Part shown: positions 36,348 to 44,556 of the stretch, in pieces
How positions within the stretch are numbered: the first letter of the stretch is position 1
How the letters are laid out: each line of letters starts with the position of its first letter
NCBI GenBank assembly: GCA_964507055.1
Contig: CAZDOJ010000001.1
Coordinates: forward strand, 13,210-77,209
DNA length: 64,000 nucleotides
Source: an uncultured Gammaproteobacteria bacterium
GTDB lineage: Bacteria; Patescibacteriota; Microgenomatia; Levybacterales; UBA12049
Reading direction: 5' to 3'
Program-made: the position numbers and the translations under genes
The notes under the pieces: generated by a model
Databases searched by the model: none
Seen by the model: the letters and a program-made list of their open reading frames with translations, nothing else
What the model was told of the DNA's origin: nothing

Positions 36348-37661
36348 ATGTCAAGACCCGAGCAAGAATCACAAGGTTTAGAACGGAAAAGACCAATAAG
36401 AGACCGTCTTAAAAATACGGTTTCAGGAATTGCGGAAAAAGGAAGAGGTTTGAAAGATTATGCTGTCGTATTTTCGCGTACAGCTCTTACTGTAGGTTTG
36501 CTTACACGCCACACATTACTTCATAGTTCTGATCGTCCTGATGGCGGATCAGAAAAGCGACCAGAAGCTTTATCCTACGCAGACCAAGCCAGACTATTAG
36601 CCGAACAAATTCACGCAAATGATCCTGTAATGACAGAATCGAATTTGGCATTCTATCCAGCAGCAGCTGTTACTGACGGTGATTATCAAATTGGTGTATC
36701 ATTCTATTCTGAGCCTTCTGCAGAAGAGGATTCAGGATCAATTTCTGTGACAATTGCTTTGGGAGCAGATCGTCCTTTGCCAGAGCGTGAATTACGATTT
36801 GATCCAGATGGAAGGTTAGAATTAGTTAATCATGGGGAATTACGAGATGCTTTAAATCGAAGAGATGAATCTGCAGAATTACAAACAGATTCTCTAACCG
36901 GAGAAGTGACACTTGAAGTTCCAGATGATGTCGATGATGCAGCTTTTCGTGAATACGCAGCAGCGTCTTCAGATAGGATACTCACCAATAATGAAGCACT
37001 CGTATATTTAGGATTTATAAAAGAACAAGTAGGCGATCGGTGGCCAGAAGATTTGGTATTACCTGATGTAACCGAGGATGGAGATTTTCCTGAAGCAATT
37101 GATGATACAAAAAGGCTGTTTACTCGAATTGCTGCTCGATTAGCGGCTCCACGTCCCGAATCAGCTGATGATCCACTATCGCCTAAGTTTGAACGAGTAA
37201 GAACAACCGAATGGATTATCTCTGAAGGCCATCGAGCAGTTCTTGATACACATACGAATGGGAATGGTGAGGTCGACGAAGTTCACCTAAAAACATATGA
37301 GAATGTTCCTACAGAATTTGGTTTTAGCTACGATGAAAGAAAGAAAGTGACTCTTCGGCCAGGAGACACAGAATATGAAGAATCAGTATATGTACATCCT
37401 GCTGACGTCTTTCATCTTACTGAAGCAAATCGAGAAGTGGCAATGGAATTAATGCAGTCATCAAGAAGAATTAGAAATCGAGAAGAACATGATCCTGCTA
37501 CAACGACTCAAATCGGGGAAGTATTTACAGTATTACAGTCCAAAGTTACGAGTTTGCGTGAACAACCTCGTCTTGATGACAATATTGATATAGAAGAACA
37601 AAATGGACATATTGATTGGGATGGACCAGATGATGATAGTGGTCCAAGAAGATCTTTGTAA
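36348..37661 (+). CDS. tail-family protein T8 (family B)
   Basis: C-terminus NGHIDWDGPDDDSGPRRSL. The N-terminus is homologous to T6. TGtTACAAT lies 9 nt before the ATG. Confidence 0.85.
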   Translation: MSRPEQESQGLERKRPIRDRLKNTVSGIAEKGRGLKDYAVVFSRTALTVGLLTRHTLLHSSDRPDGGSEKRPEALSYADQARLLAEQIHANDPVMTESNLAFYPAAAVTDGDYQIGVSFYSEPSAEEDSGSISVTIALGADRPLPERELRFDPDGRLELVNHGELRDALNRRDESAELQTDSLTGEVTLEVPDDVDDAAFREYAAASSDRILTNNEALVYLGFIKEQVGDRWPEDLVLPDVTEDGDFPEAIDDTKRLFTRIAARLAAPRPESADDPLSPKFERVRTTEWIISEGHRAVLDTHTNGNGEVDEVHLKTYENVPTEFGFSYDERKKVTLRPGDTEYEESVYVHPADVFHLTEANREVAMELMQSSRRIRNREEHDPATTTQIGEVFTVLQSKVTSLREQPRLDDNIDIEEQNGHIDWDGPDDDSGPRRSL

Positions 37662-37666
37662 TATAA

Positions 37667-38845
37667 ATGAATACTCCAGAAAATCCACGATATAAAGGAC
37701 CTGATAGATCAGGGAAAGTTGAGAGAGCTCCCCATGTTGAAACACCATTTCAAGAAGCAGTGCGTTTGGCTACAGCACTACATCGTGCAGATCCGAATCG
37801 TATCTATCAAGGATTTGGGAGGTATGACGTATTTTCAGACACGCCTGGTGTTTCAGGTGTACATGAGGTGCATGTGGATCCTTTGGATGTAGATCAGAAA
37901 GGGACGCATGGGTTCGTCTTTCCTTTCGATGAAGAAGTTGAAGGAGAACAAGTTGTCGGATCTGTACGATTTTTTATCAAAGATGGGTTGATGCATGCTG
38001 ATCCTACAAAGATTTGGGAAGCAAATGCTATGCGTGCATTAGACGAGGAGTTCGGACCCGATCATGTGGATGAGTTGGGTTTTCCTGAGCAATCTGGTGC
38101 TTCAGAGAGGTTTGTTGCGGAATCTCAAGTCCTTGCATCTGTTCAAGCGGAATGGGAGAACCATTTTCAAACAGCCGCGAGTGCACTTGCCCTTGGCTCA
38201 GTTCGAGAAGTATTAAATCAGATAAAAGCCACGTATAGTGAATTGCTTCCAAAAGAATTAGGTTTTGATGATATAGATGTATCCGCTCTCGATTATGATA
38301 GCGTCATAGCTCATGTAGGTCTAGCAGCTGAACACCTTGTGATATCAACGATACATTATAGCGAATGGCACGATGGACAAAATACCTATAATCTTACAAC
38401 GGAAAAAGATAAAACTGGAGCAGTGACAGATATTAGCTTCAAACACGCACACCGAATGGCGGATGATATGGCGGTCACGCATACTATTCGTGATTGGACA
38501 TTTACTGCTGATGGAGAATATTGTGCTGGATCGTATCAACAATTAGCTCCTTTTGCGGAGTATCTTGAAGATCCTGCTCAACTCCAAATGGTTTCGGCTC
38601 ACAACAAAACGCAGATGGACGAGCGAATCCGAGAAGCAGATCTTGGTGAAGATATTGCTGACACGCTACAAATACAAGCAGGAATTGATTTGCTGAAAGA
38701 TCCAAAACATTTTAAAATTCTCCAACCAGTACTTAATAAAGGAGATGTACTTTTTCCCGAAGAAGAATCCTTAGATCAGCGGCATGAACAGATTGATTGG
38801 AGTGGAGAGGATGATCAAGATATTGGTCCACATAGATCGTTATAA
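37667..38845 (+). CDS. tail-family protein T9 (distant family B)
   Basis: C-terminus HEQIDWSGEDDQDIGPHRSL. Lies only 5 nt after the T8 stop, so it is probably co-transcribed. Confidence 0.85.
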   Translation: MNTPENPRYKGPDRSGKVERAPHVETPFQEAVRLATALHRADPNRIYQGFGRYDVFSDTPGVSGVHEVHVDPLDVDQKGTHGFVFPFDEEVEGEQVVGSVRFFIKDGLMHADPTKIWEANAMRALDEEFGPDHVDELGFPEQSGASERFVAESQVLASVQAEWENHFQTAASALALGSVREVLNQIKATYSELLPKELGFDDIDVSALDYDSVIAHVGLAAEHLVISTIHYSEWHDGQNTYNLTTEKDKTGAVTDISFKHAHRMADDMAVTHTIRDWTFTADGEYCAGSYQQLAPFAEYLEDPAQLQMVSAHNKTQMDERIREADLGEDIADTLQIQAGIDLLKDPKHFKILQPVLNKGDVLFPEEESLDQRHEQIDWSGEDDQDIGPHRSL

Positions 38846-38846
38846 T

Positions 38847-39899
38847 ATGGTAGAAGCATACAGAAATAATAAGGAGCGTAATAAAAAACCTTTCACTATG
38901 GTACTTCTTGATCACGGTGCTGCTCGTCCTTCCGAAATAGCAGTTTGGAAAAATCATATTGTGACCCTTCTCAATAGAGATCCTTCTCATCATGGGAAAA
39001 TAGTAGTCTTCACAGAAAATGCTGCCGGCACAATCAGCAACGCTAATCGTGTGCAAAATAAAATTCGTAACGGGAAACTACCTACAAAAGCTTCCATTGA
39101 AGCAGGCCTTGAAGAGATTGCCGCAGCTGGAAGAATATTAAATGTTCCTGAAGCAGAAGCACACGCTATCGCACAAGAGGGACTTGAAGAAGGATTTGAT
39201 GGTGCAATTTTTCCCATACTTGATGATCTTCACCGGGAGCATGGAGAAAGAGTCGTTTGGATAGATGAAGCACATCCTTTATCAACGCATGAGAAAGGTA
39301 TAGCCTTCTTGGATACTGGATTTTTTATAGATCCTCCTTACGGGACGACTTCTCAATCCGAAATTGCTGATTGGTATCGTGAGAATTTTCGAAAAAACTC
39401 AGAATTTGATAGAGAGCGAGAAAATAATATAAGCCAAGCTTTGGCTGAACAGCTCGATGATCCCAATATTATTGGTGGCGTCGGGGTGATGGGATATTTC
39501 CATACCCGCGTTGTTCATAATTTGGCACGAAATGGCTATGCGGCTCGCAATGTTTTTCCAGAAAGAGAAGGAAGAAACTTTCACTTTAGTCCTAATACCT
39601 ATCTGCATAGAATGATTCATTTCTTTCCAGATCGTCAAATTACCGATGCAGATGTCCAAGATGCTTTAAGTGTAGGTCAATATACTGGGACTTTACTAAG
39701 AAGTGAAGGACGTGATCCTGCGACATTGAGTATTCAAGAAAGAAACAAAGTAGGCAATGAAATTTTGCATATCAGAGGGAAAGCACGTCAACGAGAGCTT
39801 CAGATATTTGATTCATCAGAAGCACTTGGAGATCATAATGATGAAATTGATTGGGCTGGGAATGATGAGCCTGATGAGGGACCTAAAAGGTCTCTTTAA
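38847..39899 (+). CDS. tail-family protein T10 (family A, H/E/E/H paralog)
   Basis: The MVEAYRNN start at 38847 is preferred over track 38784, which overlaps T9. Family A blocks: FTMVLLDHG, GKIVVFTENA, VGVMGYFHTRVVHNL, NVFP. C-terminus NDEIDWAGNDEPDEGPKRSL. Confidence 0.85.
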   Translation: MVEAYRNNKERNKKPFTMVLLDHGAARPSEIAVWKNHIVTLLNRDPSHHGKIVVFTENAAGTISNANRVQNKIRNGKLPTKASIEAGLEEIAAAGRILNVPEAEAHAIAQEGLEEGFDGAIFPILDDLHREHGERVVWIDEAHPLSTHEKGIAFLDTGFFIDPPYGTTSQSEIADWYRENFRKNSEFDRERENNISQALAEQLDDPNIIGGVGVMGYFHTRVVHNLARNGYAARNVFPEREGRNFHFSPNTYLHRMIHFFPDRQITDADVQDALSVGQYTGTLLRSEGRDPATLSIQERNKVGNEILHIRGKARQRELQIFDSSEALGDHNDEIDWAGNDEPDEGPKRSL

Positions 39900-39960
39900 T
39901 GGCCTATAATAGTTTTATTTTTAATCATTTCATGGTATAATCCCAAAAGACAAGCCATCC

Positions 39961-41019
39961 TTGTCCCATTTTTTTATGAATAATATTGAAGGTGCTCCCA
40001 AGAAAAGAGTAGAACATCGTGAGGTGGATCCACGAAAAAAACCTATTGATCTTTTCTTTTTACCTCATCATGAGGATATGTATCACGTGCTTGATCCATG
40101 GGAAGAAAAAATACGTAATACACTCGCAGAAAAACCTACCGGCAAACTTGTTGTTTTTACAGAACTAGCAACTGGACGAAGAGATATGAGCGATCGTGTA
40201 CGTGGGCTTGTATCCAATGGTGTTTCTCCCAGTGACGCATATGCACAAGCAATAATATCACGGTTGCGTGAAGCTGGAGATGACGGTACAGATAGTGAAC
40301 TTGAAAATATTGCGTTACGAAGTCTCTCTGGATTTGTAGGAGAATCATCCATGAGACTTGACGGAATTGTCCGTGATTTTCCTGGAAGGATAGACTGGAT
40401 AATTGAAGGTCGTCGCGATGATCAAGAATTACCTGAAGATGACGAAGATGTAAAGGCTGCGTACACATTTCTGACGACAAGAGTTGATGGAGTTCCTAGT
40501 GACGACCATATTGATATTTATCGAGAATCACTTGCAACAATTTCCCATAGCGATCGTGTGCGGGATCGGTATATCGCGGAGCAAATTGCAGAGACACTTG
40601 AAAATCCTGATACTATTGGTGTTGCTGGGTGGGTGGGCACCAAACACACAGCAATCAGTCATAAATTAAAAGCAGACGGCTATACAATTAATCGAACATT
40701 TCCACAGTTAGAGGATGGAGTATTGGTATTTGCACCGATAACAACTCTTATACGAGAAGCCGAGTATCATCCAAGGAGAGAAATTCCCAAAGAAGATATT
40801 ATCGTGACAACCGCTCTTGCCAACCCAGTTTTTGATTTCGATCCGAATGCATCCGATCAGCAATTTTTTAAGAATGCACATACATGGATGACAGAGAAAA
40901 AAGCAGAACTCACGTTACAAGAAGAGCTTGGCAGTGATCAACCATTATCAGAAATTGATCCGTCCGTTAACTGGGATGGGACAGAGGATCCTGATTCCGG
41001 TCCACGTCAGAGCCTTTAA
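39961..41019 (+). CDS. tail-family protein T11 (family A)
   Basis: The TTG start gives MSHFF, homologous to MSHFE of T12; the ATG at 39976 is an alternative. Blocks LFFLPHH, GKLVVFTELA, FPGRI, AGWVGTKHTAISHKL. C-terminus VNWDGTEDPDSGPRQSL. Confidence 0.8.
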   Translation: MSHFFMNNIEGAPKKRVEHREVDPRKKPIDLFFLPHHEDMYHVLDPWEEKIRNTLAEKPTGKLVVFTELATGRRDMSDRVRGLVSNGVSPSDAYAQAIISRLREAGDDGTDSELENIALRSLSGFVGESSMRLDGIVRDFPGRIDWIIEGRRDDQELPEDDEDVKAAYTFLTTRVDGVPSDDHIDIYRESLATISHSDRVRDRYIAEQIAETLENPDTIGVAGWVGTKHTAISHKLKADGYTINRTFPQLEDGVLVFAPITTLIREAEYHPRREIPKEDIIVTTALANPVFDFDPNASDQQFFKNAHTWMTEKKAELTLQEELGSDQPLSEIDPSVNWDGTEDPDSGPRQSL

Positions 41020-41054
41020 TTGCTTTTTGTGCCCAATTTGTTACAATACCGCCT

Positions 41055-42089
41055 ATGTCACACTTTGAAAGAGAACCTATAAAAAGAACAGAACGACTTG
41101 ATCCAAGGCAGAAGCCGACGACACTTTTTTTTATCAACCATAATGAGGCTGATCATACGCCACTTGTACCTTGGAAAAATCACCTTGAAAACCGTTTGCA
41201 GGACTTACCGAAAGGGAAAAAGATTGCGGTATTCACTGAAAGTGTTATCACAAGTACTGAAGTCGCTCAAGCCACGCAGGAACGAGTTGCCGATGGTATG
41301 AGTCCAACTGAAGCATATGTACATTCTGTATATGATCAATTGCTTCCAGGTATGCCACGCACTGACAAAACTCTGGAGCTTGTACATGATCATGTCCGAG
41401 CTCAGAATTCTTTTATAGCAGCATCTCGGGATATACTTGATGAATTAGCCCAACGCTATCCCGGAATCCATTGGATTGAAGAATCACATGATGCAACAGA
41501 GCGTGACCGTATCGTAGAGAGTGCAAAAGATTTTTTTACCATGCTTGATGTTCGAACTGATCCTCAAAGCCAAACATTGGATGAAAAAAAAGAGGTGATA
41601 GAGAATTTTGGAGCAAGGCAGCAGATGCGTGATCAAAGCATTGCAGGACTTATTACTGGAGCACTTGAAGAAGATGATGTTGTAGAAAGTATTGGTTGGG
41701 TTGGAGCGGATCATACAGGTATTTCTCATGCTTTAGTGCGAGATGGATATACAGCAAATAGAGTCTTCCCACATAGGCAAGGAGGGACCTTCTATTTTGA
41801 ACCATTAACTACATTGTGGAAAACGGCAAACATTCGAGAACTTACCGATGAAGAAGTAGAAGTATCACTTCAAGCAGACCGAAACCTCGCAGTTCCATTG
41901 AGTGTTGGAAGACAAGCTGATATTCAAGCCGCACATCGGATGATTAAAGTAGCAACCCAGCTGAGACAGCGAAGTAATCAAAGGCAAGAACCACCATCAA
42001 TAGATTCAAGTGAAACTTCTTTGCCTCAAACTGCTATTGACTGGGCTAGTGAAGAAGAAGGTCCCACAGAACCACGAAGAACTTTATAG
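41055..42089 (+). CDS. tail-family protein T12 (family A)
   Basis: LFFINHN, KIAVFTES, YPGIHWIEESH, IGWVGADHTGISHAL. C-terminus TAIDWASEEEGPTEPRRTL. TGtTACAAT lies 7 nt before the ATG. Confidence 0.85.
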   Translation: MSHFEREPIKRTERLDPRQKPTTLFFINHNEADHTPLVPWKNHLENRLQDLPKGKKIAVFTESVITSTEVAQATQERVADGMSPTEAYVHSVYDQLLPGMPRTDKTLELVHDHVRAQNSFIAASRDILDELAQRYPGIHWIEESHDATERDRIVESAKDFFTMLDVRTDPQSQTLDEKKEVIENFGARQQMRDQSIAGLITGALEEDDVVESIGWVGADHTGISHALVRDGYTANRVFPHRQGGTFYFEPLTTLWKTANIRELTDEEVEVSLQADRNLAVPLSVGRQADIQAAHRMIKVATQLRQRSNQRQEPPSIDSSETSLPQTAIDWASEEEGPTEPRRTL

Positions 42090-42116
42090 TCAAAATGAAT
42101 TTGGTATAATCCCCAC

Positions 42117-43289
42117 ATGGTAGAACATGTTGATTCCTCTCGAACCGGAAAAAAACCACGCAAACCTTTTACACAATTTCTTGTCTCTCATAGTGACGAT
42201 AAACTTGATCAGCTCTCTGGATGGGCTAATGCACTTCAGCGATCGCTTGAAGAAAATCCAGATAAGAAAGTTGTAGTTTTTACAGAAAATGCTAAGGGAG
42301 TTAAAGCAGATTCAGAAAAACTAACAGAAAAGGTTCTGGAAGGTATGCTGCCATCTGATGCATATGCTGCTGTAGCAACAGAAAATATGAGTTCATACTT
42401 TGCAAAGAATAGTACTCGTGTAGGTGTTACAAGACAACGTCGGATTATTAAAAAAGAGGCAGAAAAAGCTAGAGATCAGATTGGAGGAGGATTTTTTGGT
42501 AGATCATTTCAACTTCTTGATGCTATTGCAGCTGAATATCCGGGCAGAATAGTATTCATAAGTGAATGGGAACCAGAGCTCGCAAATCAATTAGATACAC
42601 AACAGAAAACTCGAGAATTAGGTATCGGTTTTCGAAGAGAATTGGGATTGCAGACTCGGGCTGAAAAAGCTGCTTCTGCACGAGAGTTCTTTCTATTCCA
42701 GGCAGATAATGCAAATGCCAGAGAAGAGTCTGCTGCACAAGTTCTGACGGATGCCTTAGACCGCGATGACGTTGCTGCAGGAGTTGGCTGGATGGGAGCC
42801 GCACATACTGGACTTGTACATCGATTGCAGGCAAATCATGATGTACGCATGATTATGCCAGGAAAGGTTGGAAGAGATTTTGTATATACGCCTGAGAATG
42901 CACTTATTCGTGAACGACTATTTCATCCGGATCGTGATATTGATTTGGATGAAGCATACGAGGCTGTACAGATAGAAAGAAGAGTAAGAAGACAGTATCC
43001 AATTTTCCATTTGGGGATTGTTTTAGAAAGTAAATGGGGTATAAATCCATTTCATAATAAGCAGAGAAAAGCTGAAATTGATCAAGAAATTAGTAGAAGA
43101 GCTCAGGTTGAATTCCAAGCTTTTCGAGCAGGCCGAAATGAGTATGCCCAAGATCAAAACACAATAGTAGCTCTTCCCAATGCATCAGCGATTGTACAAG
43201 ACAATGAAGTGTCACTAAGAGATATGAACTCTGGTCTTGATTGGGATGGTTCAGACGGTCCAGATCAAGATTATCGAAAAACATTGTAA
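42117..43289 (+). CDS. tail-family protein T13 (family A)
   Basis: QFLVSHS, KVVVFTENA, LPSDAY, YPGRIVFISEWE, VGWMGAAHTGLVHRL. C-terminus GLDWDGSDGPDQDYRKTL. TGgTATAAT lies 6 nt before the ATG. Confidence 0.85.
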   Translation: MVEHVDSSRTGKKPRKPFTQFLVSHSDDKLDQLSGWANALQRSLEENPDKKVVVFTENAKGVKADSEKLTEKVLEGMLPSDAYAAVATENMSSYFAKNSTRVGVTRQRRIIKKEAEKARDQIGGGFFGRSFQLLDAIAAEYPGRIVFISEWEPELANQLDTQQKTRELGIGFRRELGLQTRAEKAASAREFFLFQADNANAREESAAQVLTDALDRDDVAAGVGWMGAAHTGLVHRLQANHDVRMIMPGKVGRDFVYTPENALIRERLFHPDRDIDLDEAYEAVQIERRVRRQYPIFHLGIVLESKWGINPFHNKQRKAEIDQEISRRAQVEFQAFRAGRNEYAQDQNTIVALPNASAIVQDNEVSLRDMNSGLDWDGSDGPDQDYRKTL

Positions 43290-43319
43290 TTATTATTTAA
43301 AAAGAATATAATCCCGTCA

Positions 43320-44513
43320 ATGACTGAACGATCTGCAAAATCACCTGCTCAGGTGGAAGGGGCCGTGGCTCCAGATGGCAAGAAAAAACCTGTTTCCCTT
43401 TTCTTTGTTTCGCATCATCCTGCACAAGGATACCAGCTCGACGGATGGAGAAGAAAGATAGAAGATATCCTTGATTCTACTCCAAAAGGAAAAGTTGTAG
43501 TTTTTACAGAGAATGCTGGGCAAAGCCATAGGCATTCCAATCTTACTCGACAAAATGTTGCTAATGGTGATCTACCATCAGATGCCGTTGAAAAAAGTTT
43601 CCGAGAACTAAATGATCATTATCGAAGTCATGGGGTTGAATGGGCCTTGAGTGATGAGAGAGTAGCAGAACTTCTTGAGAAAGGAACAAAAACATTTACT
43701 GGCATATCGACAGCTATACTTGATGATATTGCTGCTCGTTATCCTGGAAGAATAGATCTCGTTGAGGAATGGGAAAGTCGCAAAGGACATCAACTTGAAC
43801 ATGATCTCTACAAAAAGGATACTCCTCAGCGAAATACAACCCTAAGTGCTGTTATGTCTTTATTTCCTCAAGGACGTAGAATTTTGGCTGCTGAGGGTCG
43901 AGAAAAATTGGCATCCGAAGCTGCAATATACCGTGAACGTGAGGAAACATCTGCACGAATTATTAGTGATGCATTAGAACAACCCGATACTATTGCGGCG
44001 GTTGGCTGGATGGGTGCAATACATACTGGACTGAGCCATGAGCTCACTCGAGAGGGTCATCCAGTAATGCGTGTATTTCCAGAGCGAGTAGATGGAGAGC
44101 CATATCTTTTTCCGCCAGGACATACGCTCCTTCGTGCCAAGCGTTTTGATCCGGATAAAGAATTAACTGATGATGAGATCGTAACGGCTGAGCAGGCTGA
44201 TCTGAAGGGAATGCATAAACAATTTGGTGATCCACGGATCAATCCAATTGGTTTTTTTATGCGGTATAAGTCTCAAAAAGAAGAAGTACGCTCAGGAAAA
44301 GCACAGGCTTCTATTCGATATGCTCAAGAATGGTATAGACGAAAAATGGGCAAACAGGCATCAAATGAAGAGCAAGTAAGTACAAATAGACAACTTCAAG
44401 AATCAGTTACGGTTGCCCCAGATATAGCAGAGCCCCCACTTGGCGATCTGAATTCCGATATAGATTGGGGAGAGTCTGGACCCGATGCAAATGGACCAAA
44501 ACGGTCACTCTAA
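43320..44513 (+). CDS. tail-family protein T14 (family A)
   Basis: LFFVSHH, GKVVVFTENA, LPSDAV, YPGRIDLVEEWE, VGWMGAIHTGLSHEL. C-terminus SDIDWGESGPDANGPKRSL. Confidence 0.85.
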   Translation: MTERSAKSPAQVEGAVAPDGKKKPVSLFFVSHHPAQGYQLDGWRRKIEDILDSTPKGKVVVFTENAGQSHRHSNLTRQNVANGDLPSDAVEKSFRELNDHYRSHGVEWALSDERVAELLEKGTKTFTGISTAILDDIAARYPGRIDLVEEWESRKGHQLEHDLYKKDTPQRNTTLSAVMSLFPQGRRILAAEGREKLASEAAIYREREETSARIISDALEQPDTIAAVGWMGAIHTGLSHELTREGHPVMRVFPERVDGEPYLFPPGHTLLRAKRFDPDKELTDDEIVTAEQADLKGMHKQFGDPRINPIGFFMRYKSQKEEVRSGKAQASIRYAQEWYRRKMGKQASNEEQVSTNRQLQESVTVAPDIAEPPLGDLNSDIDWGESGPDANGPKRSL

Positions 44514-44514
44514 G

Positions 44515-44550
44515 CCTGTAATAGTTAAATAGTATATTTTTTGTTATAAT
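44515..44550 (+). promoter_or_regulatory. island junction promoter: CCTGTAATAG-N20-TATAAT (T15)
   Basis: Box at 44515-44524 and TGtTATAAT at 44542-44550. ATG follows 6 nt later. Confidence 0.55.
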
Positions 44551-44556
44551 CCTTCG

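Noticed and set aside
38784-38846. Upstream start for T10 as in the ORF track (overlapping the T9 tail by 62 nt).
   Set aside because: The extension is just the T9 tail read in another frame. The MVEAYRNN start at 38847 matches the conserved ATGGTAGAA head of other island genes.
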